Origin: an uncultured bacterium
GTDB taxonomy: Bacteria; Patescibacteriota; JABMPQ01; CAVVCK01
Assembly (NCBI GenBank): GCA_963746775.1
Contig: CAVVCK010000002.1
Span: 75,571-139,570, forward strand
Length of the DNA: 64,000 bases
Direction: 5' to 3'
A program made the translations under genes and the position numbers. Below the pieces are notes generated by a model. It searched no databases. It had not been told where the DNA came from and worked only from the letters and a program-made list of their open reading frames with translations. This document shows positions 1 to 11,299 of the stretch, in pieces. Each line of letters opens with the position of its first letter. Position 1 is the stretch's first letter.

Positions 1-1728
1 ATATTTTTTTAAATTTAGAAAATTCTCTAACTTTATTGACTGGCTTTCTTCTCCTCCTTGAATAAACTCCTTTAAAATGACAATGTATTTAACATTATTT
101 TTCCTTAAAATGTAATTAGACAATCGATTATCGCTTTGTTTAACAAAATCAAGGTCGTGACCAAATATAGTGAATCCATAAAGAAGACTGTTAATAATAG
201 GGGTTTCTTTTTCCAGTGAAAAACTTCCTGGAATATCTCTGGCAGTGTTTATTTTTCCTAAAATTTTTTTATTATTTTGTGAATTATAGTACTGTGTTTT
301 CGAATAGCATAAATCACTAGTAGCACAAGGAATTTGTATTATAGAGTAAGTTTCATTGTTATTTTTTATTTTATTGTAAAAATCAGGAATTTTTACACTG
401 CTGCTGGGCATTATAAATATGTATTCCAAAATAATCATTATAAAGATAGAAGGTAAAATTAGAATGGCACATTTTCTTATTTTTACATACTTTTCTAAAA
501 TATATTTAATACCAAACCCAACTACAATTGATAAAGATAGCAAAGCTATTATAAATATTCTACCAGTAGCTCTAATATTGTTAAAAAATGGTACTATCTT
601 ATACAAAATGAAATAAGACAAAGGAATTTTAGTCAAATCACCTAAAATATGTAGATAGGGACCAAGAGAAAAAAATAAAAATAATACTGTTAAAATTTGC
701 CAAAATAATTTTTGCCTATTTTCTTCCTTATTTTTACTCTTGTAAATAAATGAAATGATCATAAAAAAGATAATAGAAAAACCTAAATAATACATCGAAC
801 CCATTTCACCTTCTGTAAATTTAAAGCTAATATTTTCACCAAAAAATTTACCCCAAATAGGATGAAGGAAAAATGGAGTAACAAAACTTATTAAATCTGC
901 AGAAAAACGTTCTACTTGCCAAAATCCTGGATCTAAATAATTATTTTCTAATAAAGATATTTTTATAAGGGGCAGATAGTAATATACTAACAATGATCCT
1001 CCTATAGCCAAAATTATAGTTGTAGTTATAATAAATCTTTTCTTTTTTAAATAACTACGGTAAAAAATTAAATGGTAAACAAATATAAAGAATATCAAAA
1101 TAGTTAGATAGGCTGCATAATGGCTTTCGGTAAAGACTGCCAAACAAAAAAACAGTAAAGAAAAAATGGCATTTTTTATTGATGCTTTCTTGAAATATTT
1201 AAAGATAAACAATATTAAAAATGGAATCCATTCAATATGCATAGCTCCAAAATGACCAAGACTATGCATTACATGATAAGGTGCAAAACCATAAATTATT
1301 CCAGAGAAAAAGGCAGCAGCTTTATTTTTGATAAAATAATTTGTGAGCAAATACATACCAAAGGCTGCTATAGGAAAAGATATAATCAGTAATAAATTAT
1401 AAGCCAGAGGTTCTCCAAAGATTATGTGAAAAACAAATAAAACAGAATGTAAATCAAATAATTTACGAGGATTCGTATAGAATTTTATTACTTTAAAATA
1501 ATCAAGATTACCATCCTGAATAAAAGTTTTCTCTTGATTATAGACAGTAGCTAGTTGTTGAAAATGATCTCCCCCAACACCCATAACCTCTGTCTTTAGA
1601 TTAATAATATTGGGAATAAAAAATATTACTGTTATAAATATGTAGATACAAAGAACAAAGTAACTGTAATATTTACTTAAAATATTATTATTAATATACT
1701 TATTATCTTTTTTAGTTAGTAATTTCAT
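1..1728 (-). CDS. Multi-pass membrane protein, YfhO/GT-C-like glycosyltransferase; 3' end runs off the window
   Basis: Not in ORF track because there is no stop in the window. Read by eye from ATG 1728: MKLLTKKDNKYINNNILSKYYSYFVLCIYIFITVIFFIPNIINLKTEVMGVGGDHFQQ, followed by hydrophobic segments; in the glycan operon. Confidence 0.7.
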   Translation of the reverse strand, partial: MKLLTKKDNKYINNNILSKYYSYFVLCIYIFITVIFFIPNIINLKTEVMGVGGDHFQQLATVYNQEKTFIQDGNLDYFKVIKFYTNPRKLFDLHSVLFVFHIIFGEPLAYNLLLIISFPIAAFGMYLLTNYFIKNKAAAFFSGIIYGFAPYHVMHSLGHFGAMHIEWIPFLILFIFKYFKKASIKNAIFSLLFFCLAVFTESHYAAYLTILIFFIFVYHLIFYRSYLKKKRFIITTTIILAIGGSLLVYYYLPLIKISLLENNYLDPGFWQVERFSADLISFVTPFFLHPIWGKFFGENISFKFTEGEMGSMYYLGFSIIFFMIISFIYKSKNKEENRQKLFWQILTVLFLFFSLGPYLHILGDLTKIPLSYFILYKIVPFFNNIRATGRIFIIALLSLSIVVGFGIKYILEKYVKIRKCAILILPSIFIMIILEYIFIMPSSSVKIPDFYNKIKNNNETYSIIQIPCATSDLCYSKTQYYNSQNNKKILGKINTARDIPGSFSLEKETPIINSLLYGFTIFGHDLDFVKQSDNRLSNYILRKNNVKYIVILKEFIQGGEESQSIKLENFLNLKKY

Positions 1729-2818
1729 GGTAGCAATCTATAATTTTTTGTACTAATCTTTTTATATCGAATTTATTTATTAATATCGAAATATTTTTAC
1801 TAAATTCATTTCTATTTTTTAAAATTTCAACTATTGCTTTTGATAGTGCTTCTATATTCTTTGGTTCGACAATAATTCCAGCTTTATATTCTTCAATCTT
1901 TTTAGCTATACCAACAATATTCGTAGTAATCACAGGAGTACCACAAGCTAAGGCTTCTAATAAAACAATTCCAAACCCTTCTTGTGTTGAATCTGTGGAT
2001 GGCAATACAAAAACTTCATACTTATTATAACATTCTACTAATTTTTCATCTGGAATAAATCCTTGAAATTCTACATTGTTTTCTATACCCAACTTTTTAG
2101 TTTTAACTTTGTAATATTCTAATAATTTTCCCTTACCTCCCACAATTAACTTTATATTTGGAATTTCTTTTTTTACACTTTTTATGGCTTCCAATAAATA
2201 ATCTAAACCTTTATAGGCATGATATTCATCTAGAATACTAAGAAAGAATATGGTATTATTTTGTTTTTTTATATCTATTTTTTTGAATATTTTTCTATTA
2301 ACGCCAATTGGGATAAATTGAACTTTTGATGAATATTTTTTAAGATACTTCGATGTTTGAAGATAATTTGGTCCAATGGTAATAATTTTATCAGCAAGTT
2401 TTAAAGTTAGTTTTAAAAGCGTGTTGTTATAAATTTTTGAAATTATATTCCCCGCTCCATTTCCTGTAATATCATTACAATATGAAATAACAACTTTTTT
2501 TCCCCTTAATTTAGCAATAATTGCCGACCAATCTGCGCTCCATGGAGTAGGTAGGTAAGTATGTATAATATCAAATTCTTCTTTCCATAATCTAAAAGGT
2601 AATATTAGGGTTAAATTTGTATTAGCAATTTTACATAAATAGTCTAATCTCTCTATTCTGAAACCATTGAGGTTTTTAATATCAGACTTAGGTTCATTGG
2701 CGCAAATAACTTTAACCTTATTACCCAATCTAACAAGTTCTTTCGAAATATCTAAGGCGTAATTTTCTACTCCGCCTGTATAGGGATAAAATCTAACTGG
2801 AGTTTGAACTATTTTCAT
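1712..2818 (-). CDS. Glycosyltransferase family 4
   Basis: GGVENYA N-terminus; EGFGIVLLEALACGTPV motif. Confidence 0.9.
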   Translation of the reverse strand: MKIVQTPVRFYPYTGGVENYALDISKELVRLGNKVKVICANEPKSDIKNLNGFRIERLDYLCKIANTNLTLILPFRLWKEEFDIIHTYLPTPWSADWSAIIAKLRGKKVVISYCNDITGNGAGNIISKIYNNTLLKLTLKLADKIITIGPNYLQTSKYLKKYSSKVQFIPIGVNRKIFKKIDIKKQNNTIFFLSILDEYHAYKGLDYLLEAIKSVKKEIPNIKLIVGGKGKLLEYYKVKTKKLGIENNVEFQGFIPDEKLVECYNKYEVFVLPSTDSTQEGFGIVLLEALACGTPVITTNIVGIAKKIEEYKAGIIVEPKNIEALSKAIVEILKNRNEFSKNISILINKFDIKRLVQKIIDCYHEITN

Positions 2819-3979
2819 TAATTATGTTTTTATAGTATTTTTCTAAATTTTCTATTACCTTTTTCCAATCATATTTAACAACCGACTCTTTAGAATTAAT
2901 ACTTAATTTATTTAATTTATTATTATTTTCTAAAATTTTCTTTGTTTTTCTATAAATATCATTAGTGTTTAATCCTAGCACAAAACCATTGTAATTTTCT
3001 TTAATTAAATCTTTGGCTGCATTATCCTTATGATTAATAGTTATAACTGGCAAACCACAAGCGTTAGCTTCTAACACAACTATTCCAAATCCTTCACGTA
3101 TTGAGGGTAATACAAAAACTTTAGATGATTTAAAATATGAATAAAGATCATGCTGTTTTTCTAAAAATCCTTTAAAAATTATATTTTCCTCTAACTGTAA
3201 GTTTTTAGTTAAATTAATAAGTTTTTCTTTTTCTGGACCATCGCCTATAATTAAACACTTTATTTCAGGAAATATTATTTTTAATTTTGCTACTGCCTCA
3301 ATAATTATATCTACATTTTTTTCCTTAATTAATCTGCCAGCAAAAATAATATCGGAATTGACTTGATTGGATTTAATTTTATTTATATTATTTATATCAA
3401 TCCCAATCCCGATAGTACTTATATTATTCTCTTTATTGGAATTATCTTTAATTATTCTGTTCGTTGTAAAATTCGATATTGAAATAATATTAGATGATAG
3501 TAAAATTACTATTTTTTCAATAAAATATCCTAAATATCCTGCTAGTTTTAAATATTTCCGCCAATATTCTTTTCCCCAATATTCAAACCAGGTAATTACT
3601 AAAGCTATTCTTTTTATCTTTGAATAAATAAAGCAAGGAAAAACTGAAAAATAAGGAAAAGCTGCGCAATCAACTAAATCAAATTTTTCTTTAAAAAGCG
3701 GCTTAATTAATTTTAGGCCAAAATAGATAGCTTGCCCATCGAGCGTCGACCAGATTCTATATATAATTTCTTAGGCTTACAAACACTATGATACCAAATA
3801 TTATTTTTAAAAATAATATCTTCTCCCTGCCAAAATTTCATAGAAAAAAAATGAATTTCGTGTTCATTCTTTCCGCCTACAGCCAATCTAGATAATCTTT
3901 TACCAATTTCATAATATCTTTTTTCACCCCCACCCTTAACATAAGGATACAAACAATCATATATAAAAGCTATTTTCAT
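2793..3979 (-). pseudogene. GT4 glycosyltransferase with a single frameshift near 3735-3740
   Basis: N-terminal ORF 3713-3979 (GGGEKRY). The frame from 3734 (QAIYFGLK...DIIFAGRLIKEKNVD) is in phase with ORF 2793-3077 (EANACGLPV). Confidence 0.8.
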
Positions 3980-5136
3980 TTACTGTCTTTATTTAAATTT
4001 ATATCAAGAATACCATAAAAAAATGCAGAAAATATTATCTGTAATCCTAAAATTATTAAAATCATAGAGGTTAAACTCTTCCTTATTTCATATAATTCTC
4101 CAAAATCCACTTTGTACCAAGTATAAAATACATATATCCCCATTATAATCCCTAGAAATAAAACTAAAAATCCTAATTTTAACATTTTCTCTAAAGAAAT
4201 ATACTTTTCTGAAAATTTATTCATTTTACCTTTAGATATTAAACCCTCAGAATAAGCATAAATTTTTGTAAAAAGTCCAAAACTAACTATTTGAAAGCCT
4301 ACTATTGTTAAAAGCGCTCCTAGAAACATCGGGTGAATATCCAGGGTAACATTTCCTAACTTAATTGGTCCAAAAGTCATCCAAATAACTAAAAGCAATC
4401 CTAGACCTGTTAAAAAAAATCCCGGAGCTAAAAATAAATAAGAAGGAGACATAATCAACATAAATTTTAAATGACGCCAACCATCATTAAATGTCTCTAG
4501 CTTAGATTCACCTTCTCTGATACCATACTCTATAGGCAATTCCTTAATTTTCAAATTTTCACGGGCAGCCGCCATAATCATTTCTGAAGCATATTCCATA
4601 CCCTCAGTTTTCAATTTTAATTTATCATAAGCCTGTCTTGTAAATGATCTAATACCGCAGTGAGCATCTTTAACCTTTACTTTAAATAAAATTCTTAAAA
4701 TAGCTGATAAAATAGGGTTACCTATATATCTATGTGAAAATGACATAGCTTTTTTCTGCATTTTTTGAGCAAATCTATCCCCTATTACCATATCATAACC
4801 AGCTCGCAGAGGTTTTATAAAATCATTTACAATTAAAAAATCATAAGTGTTATCAGAATCACCCATTAAGATATATTTACCCTGAGCTTCTTTAATTCCG
4901 GCATGATAAGCATTGCCATAGCCTTTTTTGGGCTGGTGCACTATTCTAGCTCCTAGGCTTTTAGCAATTTCAATCGATTTATCAGTTGAACCATTATCAG
5001 CTATTATAATTTCGCCATTGAGGTTATTTTTTTTTAATCCTTTTTGAGCCTTTTTTATACATATTCCAATAGTTTTCTCTTCATTCAGACAAGGCATAAC
5101 CACAGATATTTCTGGTTTGTTAAACTTCATTTTCAA
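3976..5136 (-). CDS. GT2 polyprenol-phosphate glycosyltransferase with C-terminal TM helices
   Basis: [21 protein letters not shown] motifs. Confidence 0.9.
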   Translation of the reverse strand: MKMKFNKPEISVVMPCLNEEKTIGICIKKAQKGLKKNNLNGEIIIADNGSTDKSIEIAKSLGARIVHQPKKGYGNAYHAGIKEAQGKYILMGDSDNTYDFLIVNDFIKPLRAGYDMVIGDRFAQKMQKKAMSFSHRYIGNPILSAILRILFKVKVKDAHCGIRSFTRQAYDKLKLKTEGMEYASEMIMAAARENLKIKELPIEYGIREGESKLETFNDGWRHLKFMLIMSPSYLFLAPGFFLTGLGLLLVIWMTFGPIKLGNVTLDIHPMFLGALLTIVGFQIVSFGLFTKIYAYSEGLISKGKMNKFSEKYISLEKMLKLGFLVLFLGIIMGIYVFYTWYKVDFGELYEIRKSLTSMILIILGLQIIFSAFFYGILDINLNKDSK

Positions 5137-6052
5137 AATATTTAATTGTTTTTTTTAATCCTTCCTTTAGATTAACTTTTGGTTCCCATTTTAATTTAGA
5201 TTTTGCCAAAGTAATATCTGGTTTTCTTTGTTTGGGATCATCTTGAGGTAAAGATTTATACATTATTTTACTCTTAGATTTAGTTAATTTAATAACTTTT
5301 TCCGCTAATTCCTTAACAGTAAATTCAACAGGATTACCCAAATTCACTGGTCCAGTAAAATCCTTTGGTTGTTGCATCATTCTATATATTCCTTCGACTA
5401 AATCATCTACATAACAAAATGAACGTGTTTGCAACCCTTTGCCATAAATTGTGATAGATTCCCCTCTTAGTGCTTGTAGAATAAAATTAGAAACTACGCG
5501 ACCGTCATCAGCAGCAAGTCGTGGTCCATAAGTATTAAAAATACGAATAATTTTAATGTTAACGTTATTTTGTCGATGATAGTCCATAAATAATGTTTCA
5601 GCACAGCGCTTGCCTTCATCGTAGCATGCTCTAGGACCTAAAGTATTTACATGACCGACATAACTTTCTTTCTGTGGATGCTCTTCTGGATCACCATAAA
5701 TTTCCGAGGTTGAAGCCTGCAGGATAGGTGCTTTAATTCTCTTAGCTAAACCTAGCATATTTATTGCTCCCTGTACCGAAGTTTTAGTGGTTTGTACTGG
5801 ATCTCTTTGATAGTGTATAGGAGAGGCTGGACAAGCTAAATTATAAATTTCATCCGTCTCTATATATAAGGGGAAATTAACATCATGACGAATTACTTCA
5901 AGTCGTTTATTACTTAATAAATGCTCAATATTTTTTTTCTGACCTGTATAAAAATTATCTACACAAATAACTTCATGGCCTCTATTTAATAGATACTCAC
6001 ACAAATGTGATCCTATAAAGCCTGCCCCGCCTGTGACTAAACTGGTTTTCAT
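5120..6052 (-). CDS. uxs: UDP-glucuronate decarboxylase (UDP-xylose synthase)
   Basis: GGAGFIG, LACPASP, STSEIYG, YDEGKR motifs. Confidence 0.9.
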   Translation of the reverse strand: MKTSLVTGGAGFIGSHLCEYLLNRGHEVICVDNFYTGQKKNIEHLLSNKRLEVIRHDVNFPLYIETDEIYNLACPASPIHYQRDPVQTTKTSVQGAINMLGLAKRIKAPILQASTSEIYGDPEEHPQKESYVGHVNTLGPRACYDEGKRCAETLFMDYHRQNNVNIKIIRIFNTYGPRLAADDGRVVSNFILQALRGESITIYGKGLQTRSFCYVDDLVEGIYRMMQQPKDFTGPVNLGNPVEFTVKELAEKVIKLTKSKSKIMYKSLPQDDPKQRKPDITLAKSKLKWEPKVNLKEGLKKTIKYFENEV

Positions 6053-6063
6053 TGTTTTATAAA

Positions 6064-7005
6064 TTATTTATTCTCAATTATTTCTTTAATATTATAACTC
6101 TTTCTTTTGCTATTATAATAAGTTTTAACAGCGATGTCAGCGAGTAGTCCCGATATAAATAACTGCAAACCGGCTAATATCATAAAAACTGAAATAATAG
6201 GCCAGATTCTATTACTTAGAGTAAAATATTCCAAAAATCTACCAATTAATAAAAATACTAATATAAAAGATCCTGCACCACCTATTAGAATACCCAATCC
6301 TCCAAACAAATGCAGAGGTCGAGAAGAATATTTTCTCCAAAACCATACTGACCAAGCATCAATGAATCCTTTGACAATTCTTTTCCAATTATATTTGCTC
6401 TGACCATATTTTCTTTCCTCATGTCTTACTTTTACTTCGGTTATTTTAAATCCTTGCCAGCGTAGGATGGCTGGTATAAATCTATGCATTTCACCATAAA
6501 GATCTAAATCTTCAAAACATTCTCGCCTATAAACTTTTAGAGTACAACCAGAATCGTGAATATTATCTTTTATTAAAAAGCTACGTAAATATTCTGCTCC
6601 TTTGGAAAATAATTTCTTTGAAAATGGATCTTTCCTTGGAAATCGCCATCCAGAAACTACATCATAACCTTCTTCTAGTTTTTCTATCAATTTTGGAATT
6701 TCTGCTGGAGGATTTTGGCCATCTCCATCTAAAGTTATAATTATTTCCCCCCTACTTGCTTTAATTCCAGCATCCAAAGCAGCAGTCTGACCAAAGTTTT
6801 TACGAAATCTAATAATTTTTAGAGGAGTTAAACTTTTTATAATTTCAAAAGATTTATCTGTGCTGCCGTCATCGATGAAGATTATTTCATAAGAACTATC
6901 TATTGATTCTATTACTTTTACAATATCCTGATGTACTTCTCCAATAATCTCAGACTCATTAAAAATAGGAACTATAATTGAATATTTTAAATTATTTGAT
7001 GTCAT
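6064..7005 (-). CDS. GT2, ArnC/GtrB-like undecaprenyl-phosphate glycosyltransferase
   Basis: [29 protein letters not shown]; two C-terminal TMs. Confidence 0.9.
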   Translation of the reverse strand: MTSNNLKYSIIVPIFNESEIIGEVHQDIVKVIESIDSSYEIIFIDDGSTDKSFEIIKSLTPLKIIRFRKNFGQTAALDAGIKASRGEIIITLDGDGQNPPAEIPKLIEKLEEGYDVVSGWRFPRKDPFSKKLFSKGAEYLRSFLIKDNIHDSGCTLKVYRRECFEDLDLYGEMHRFIPAILRWQGFKITEVKVRHEERKYGQSKYNWKRIVKGFIDAWSVWFWRKYSSRPLHLFGGLGILIGGAGSFILVFLLIGRFLEYFTLSNRIWPIISVFMILAGLQLFISGLLADIAVKTYYNSKRKSYNIKEIIENK

Positions 7006-7239
7006 TAGTTGTGCATTGTAAATGTTTGAATAATATTTTTATTATATTACCAATATAGAAATTCATGCCAGATAATTAATATCTATCTGTCTATTAATAA
7101 CTATGCTTATATATCCAAATTATTTATAAATCTACCTTAAATAATAACAAACTAAAAAATAGCTGTCTATCCTATTGTTTTTTATTGTACTTATGATAAA
7201 TTATTAATAATTATTATTTAAAATTTACGAAAAAATAAA

Positions 7240-8265
7240 ATGAAAAAGGCATTAATTACTGGCATAACCGGCCAGGATGGTTCTTATTTAGCTGAATTCT
7301 TGTTAAGAAAGAAATATAAAGTTTATGGTTTAGTCAGGCGTTCTAGTACAGAAAAATTTGATCGCATAGCTCATATAATTGATAAAATTGAACTTATCCA
7401 AGGTGATCTTACCGATCAAAGTTCTCTTATTTCTGCCTTACAAATTTCTAAACCAGACGAAGTCTACAACTTAGCTGCTCAGTCATTTGTTCCAACATCA
7501 TGGAATCAATCTATTTTGACTGGCAATATTACCGCCCTAGGAGTTACAAGAATACTTGAAGCTATAAGGACTGTTAATCCTAAAATAAGATTCTATCAGG
7601 CTTCTAGTTCAGAAATGTATGGTAAGGTCAGAGAAACTCCACAGAATGAAGATACTCCTTTTTATCCCCGCTCTCCCTATGGTGTATCTAAGGTTTATGG
7701 TCATTATATTACTGTTAATTTCAGAGAGAGTTATAATATGTTTGCCGTATCAGGTATATTATTTAATCACGAATCTCCACGTCGAGGCTTAGAATTCGTA
7801 ACGCGTAAAATTACTGACGGGGTAGCTAAAATTAAACTTGGCCTAGCTTCTGATTTGCAAATGGGTAATTTAGAAGCTAAAAGAGATTGGGGGTTCGCAG
7901 GTGATTATGTTCAATTAATGTGGAAAATGCTGCAACAGAAAAAACCAGAAGATTATGTTATCGGTACAGGAAAAACTCATTCTGTAAGAGAATTTATAGA
8001 AATTGCTTTTGATTATGTCGGTTTAGACTACAAGAAATATGTTAAAGTGAATAAAAAATTTGTCCGCCCTGCAGAAGTTGATTTATTAGTTGCTGATCCT
8101 AGTAAAGCTCATAAAAAACTTGGATTTAAGCCAAAGGTATCTTTTGAAATGTTAATCAAAATGATGGTAAAAGCAGATTTGGAAAGATTATCAAATGAGT
8201 CAAAATATCAATTAGTTAGCGGGAAAAAGGGTAAAAAATATCATAATACTGTAGGAAATATGTAA
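7240..8265 (+). CDS. gmd: GDP-mannose 4,6-dehydratase
   Basis: ITGITGQDGSYLA, YPRSPYGVSK, FNHESPRRG. Confidence 0.95.
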   Translation: MKKALITGITGQDGSYLAEFLLRKKYKVYGLVRRSSTEKFDRIAHIIDKIELIQGDLTDQSSLISALQISKPDEVYNLAAQSFVPTSWNQSILTGNITALGVTRILEAIRTVNPKIRFYQASSSEMYGKVRETPQNEDTPFYPRSPYGVSKVYGHYITVNFRESYNMFAVSGILFNHESPRRGLEFVTRKITDGVAKIKLGLASDLQMGNLEAKRDWGFAGDYVQLMWKMLQQKKPEDYVIGTGKTHSVREFIEIAFDYVGLDYKKYVKVNKKFVRPAEVDLLVADPSKAHKKLGFKPKVSFEMLIKMMVKADLERLSNESKYQLVSGKKGKKYHNTVGNM

Positions 8266-8548
8266 ACTACGTACGAAAGGTATCTCTGGTAGGTGGCTTC
8301 TACGAGGTCGTAGACCTTAAACCACCTATTGATCACATACAAATTTTAATGTATAGATTATAATTATAATAAAGCTAGATAAATTCGTATGTGGTGAGAT
8401 AAACATTATAAACCTCTGCCTATGTCGCCACATACAGAATCTTAATGCTTCAAAATAAATATTTTAAATCAATTAGAGTCTAAACTTCAAATAGTATTTA
8501 ATAATATTTTAAGAATTTCATACGTGGTCGAAGGCTTTCGTACGTAGT
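8266..8548. repeat. REP/MITE-like element with 14-bp terminal inverted repeats and nested hairpins
   Basis: ACTACGTACGAAAG (8266-8279) / CTTTCGTACGTAGT (8535-8548); internal hairpins 8290-8328 and 8383-8440. Confidence 0.75.
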
Positions 8549-8632
8549 AAAGATTTTAAAAAATAAAAAAATCTGTAATAACAATTAGTATAATATATAA
8601 ACTACAATTCATGATCTATAATATATAATTCT

Positions 8633-9553
8633 ATGTTTAAAAATGCTCTAATAACCGGCATTTCCGGCTTTGTCGGACCATATCTAGCCCAAGAACTCAT
8701 TAAACATGGATATGAAGTTTTTGGTTTGGATCGCGCTGGAAATAATCAGCTAGATTCAAGATTCCAAATACAAGATTCTCATATTTTAAAATGTGATTTA
8801 TTGGATAAAAATGATATTCTTAAAACAATAAATAAAATCAAACCAAAATATATTTTCCATCTAGCTGGTTTTAGTTCTGTTAGAGATAGTTGGAATAAGC
8901 CTGAATTATGCCGTAAAATTAATGTGGAAGGTACTAAAAATTTATTAGATAGTATTATTGAAGCTAAGCTAAACCCAAGAATTTTAATAGTTACTTCGGC
9001 TGAAGTTTATGGAAAGCCAAAAGAATTACCTCTAAAAGAAACTTCTCCCCTCTTCCCTGAGAGTCCTTATGCTAAATCAAGAGTAGAACAAGAAAAATTA
9101 CTCAAAAATTATAAAAATCTTGATTGGATTGTTTCCCGAAGTTTTAATCATACTGGTCCAGAACAACAACCTATTTTCGTTATCCCTGAATTTGCCCAGC
9201 AATTAATTAATATTAAAAATAATAAAATTGAACCAAAAATTATGGTGGGAAATTTAGAAGCAAAAAGAGATTTTAGTGATGTTAGGGATGTAGTTAGAGC
9301 TTATCGCCTACTTTTGGAAAAAGGTAAAATGCATGAAATTTATAATGTTTGTTCTGGTAAATCTTATATGATTAAAAATTTATTGAATAAAATGATTAAA
9401 ATAATTGGCAAGAAGGTTGATGTTGAAATTGATAAAAATAAGTTTAGGCCGGTGGATATTGAGGAATTAAGAGGAGATAATAGTAAGATTAGAGAGTTGG
9501 GATTTGAGAATAGATTTGGGATTGAAGAGACACTAGAAGATATGATGAAATAA
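8633..9553 (+). CDS. rmd: GDP-4-keto-6-deoxy-D-mannose reductase-like extended SDR
   Basis: ITGISGFVG, FNHTGP, RDFSDVRDVV; follows gmd. Catalytic motif reads YAKSR. Confidence 0.7.
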   Translation: MFKNALITGISGFVGPYLAQELIKHGYEVFGLDRAGNNQLDSRFQIQDSHILKCDLLDKNDILKTINKIKPKYIFHLAGFSSVRDSWNKPELCRKINVEGTKNLLDSIIEAKLNPRILIVTSAEVYGKPKELPLKETSPLFPESPYAKSRVEQEKLLKNYKNLDWIVSRSFNHTGPEQQPIFVIPEFAQQLINIKNNKIEPKIMVGNLEAKRDFSDVRDVVRAYRLLLEKGKMHEIYNVCSGKSYMIKNLLNKMIKIIGKKVDVEIDKNKFRPVDIEELRGDNSKIRELGFENRFGIEETLEDMMK

Positions 9554-9624
9554 TTAGACTGATTTATATATTAAAAATTCAACGTTTTAATATATTATTA
9601 TGTTTTTTATCATTATTTAAAGAA

Positions 9625-9895
9625 AATATGTCATTTTTTTCTCCTAAAATATTCTTAGCTGCATAAATACTAATTAAGATGGAATGATCCATACTTGTTA
9701 TATTTAAACATACTATTTCTACCTGTAGTCTGTAAATTATCAAAATTATTTAAGAATTTTTTTATTTTTTCTAAATTATTTTTATAATCCTGATCATATA
9801 CAGGATAACCTTTGGCTAATTTTTCTAATAATTTTGGAATCTCCTCAGGAGGATTCTGACCGTCCTCATCTGGTGTTATAATTATTTTTCCTCAT
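9625..9895 (-). pseudogene. Chimeric remnant: GT2 fragment fused to the C-terminal fragment of an FAD oxidoreductase paralog
   Basis: Reads KIIITPDEDGQNPPEEIPKLLEKLAKGY|PVYDQDYKNNLEKIKKFLNNFDNLQTTGRNSMFKYN, frameshift, MDHSILISIYAAKNILGEKND. Confidence 0.85.
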
Positions 9896-11299
9896 TTCAT
9901 GATACTCTTTATCAACGTTCACTGAAAATAAATCATTATTCTCTCCTAATATATTTTTAGCAGCATAAATTCCTGTTAAAATAGAATGATCCATATTATT
10001 ATACTTAAACATCCCATTTCTACCTATTATTTGCAGATTCTCAAATTTATTTAAAAATGATTTTATTTTTTCTAAATTATTTTTATAATCTTCATCATAT
10101 ACAGGATAAGCCTTGGGTACTCTAGCTACATAGCCATCTATAAATTTATCTTTTTCTCCTAATTTTATTTTCTCAAGCTCTTCTAACGCTTGATTTATTA
10201 AAAAGCCATCTTTTTTATTCCAAAAGTTATCGTTTTCATTACAAAAATATTCCATTCCCAAAACCGTTTTATTCTTATCCTTTAACATATGTATGCTCCA
10301 GTTTTTAAAATTCTGTATTCTACCTAGCTTTACTTCCGGAGAATGTATATAAACCCAATTGTCTGGGAAACATTCTTTTTTGTCTAATATTAAACTAATT
10401 ATGATAAAACTTCTATATTTTAGGTTTTTGGCAGATTTTAATACATCTACTGGAGGTTTGGGATTCATCTTTAATACTAATTCTGATATGGGCATGCTTG
10501 ATACAAAGCTATTAGCTTTAAACTCCTCAGTAATATTTTCTTTATTACTTACTTCTACAGAAAATATTTTATTGTTTTTCCAATTTATTTTTTCTACGTT
10601 CTTATTTTTCATAACCTTGCTACCAGTATTGTTAATGTTATCAGCCATTTTTTCGTACATCATGCCAGGACCATATTTGGGATACTTAAATTTATCAATT
10701 AATGTTTTTATTTTTTCTTTTTTATCAGGAAAAAGTGCATTCTTAACAGCCCGAGATAGAGAAAGACCTTTAATTCTTTGGGCAGCCCACTCTGCTTGAA
10801 TTTGATTACAAGGTATTCCCCATAATTTTTCAGTATAAGTTTCAAAAAATATTTCAAATAATTTTTTTCCAAATCTATTAGAAACCCATTGATCAAATGT
10901 CTTTTCTTTATTTATTGGAAAAATCTTTATCTTTACATAACTCCCCAATACAGAAAAAGAAGTAAATATGCCCAAATTAAATAAGGCATTGAAAGGTTTT
11001 AGTGGATAATAAAAGAATTTATTGTTGTAATATATTCTAGAAAGTCTTGGTCGTGTTGGAAAATCTTTTTGTAAAGTTTTATTCCAAAGATCTTCTACTT
11101 CTCTTGATTTGGTAAAAAATCGATGCCCTCCAAGATCAAATCTATAGCCCTTGTATTCAACCGTTTTACTTATTCCCCCTACCTGTTTTTCCTTTTCTAA
11201 AACTAAAATATCCTTATTATTATTAACTAAGGTAACTCCACAAGCAAGACCAGCTGGTCCAGCACCTATGATTATTGTATTGATTTTATTTATATTCAT
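9866..11299 (-). CDS. FAD-dependent oxidoreductase (UDP-galactopyranose mutase/protoporphyrinogen oxidase-like family)
   Basis: IIGAGPAGL, DLGGHRFF, GRNGMFKYNNMDH. Confidence 0.85.
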   Translation of the reverse strand: MNINKINTIIIGAGPAGLACGVTLVNNNKDILVLEKEKQVGGISKTVEYKGYRFDLGGHRFFTKSREVEDLWNKTLQKDFPTRPRLSRIYYNNKFFYYPLKPFNALFNLGIFTSFSVLGSYVKIKIFPINKEKTFDQWVSNRFGKKLFEIFFETYTEKLWGIPCNQIQAEWAAQRIKGLSLSRAVKNALFPDKKEKIKTLIDKFKYPKYGPGMMYEKMADNINNTGSKVMKNKNVEKINWKNNKIFSVEVSNKENITEEFKANSFVSSMPISELVLKMNPKPPVDVLKSAKNLKYRSFIIISLILDKKECFPDNWVYIHSPEVKLGRIQNFKNWSIHMLKDKNKTVLGMEYFCNENDNFWNKKDGFLINQALEELEKIKLGEKDKFIDGYVARVPKAYPVYDEDYKNNLEKIKSFLNKFENLQIIGRNGMFKYNNMDHSILTGIYAAKNILGENNDLFSVNVDKEYHEMRKNNYNTR

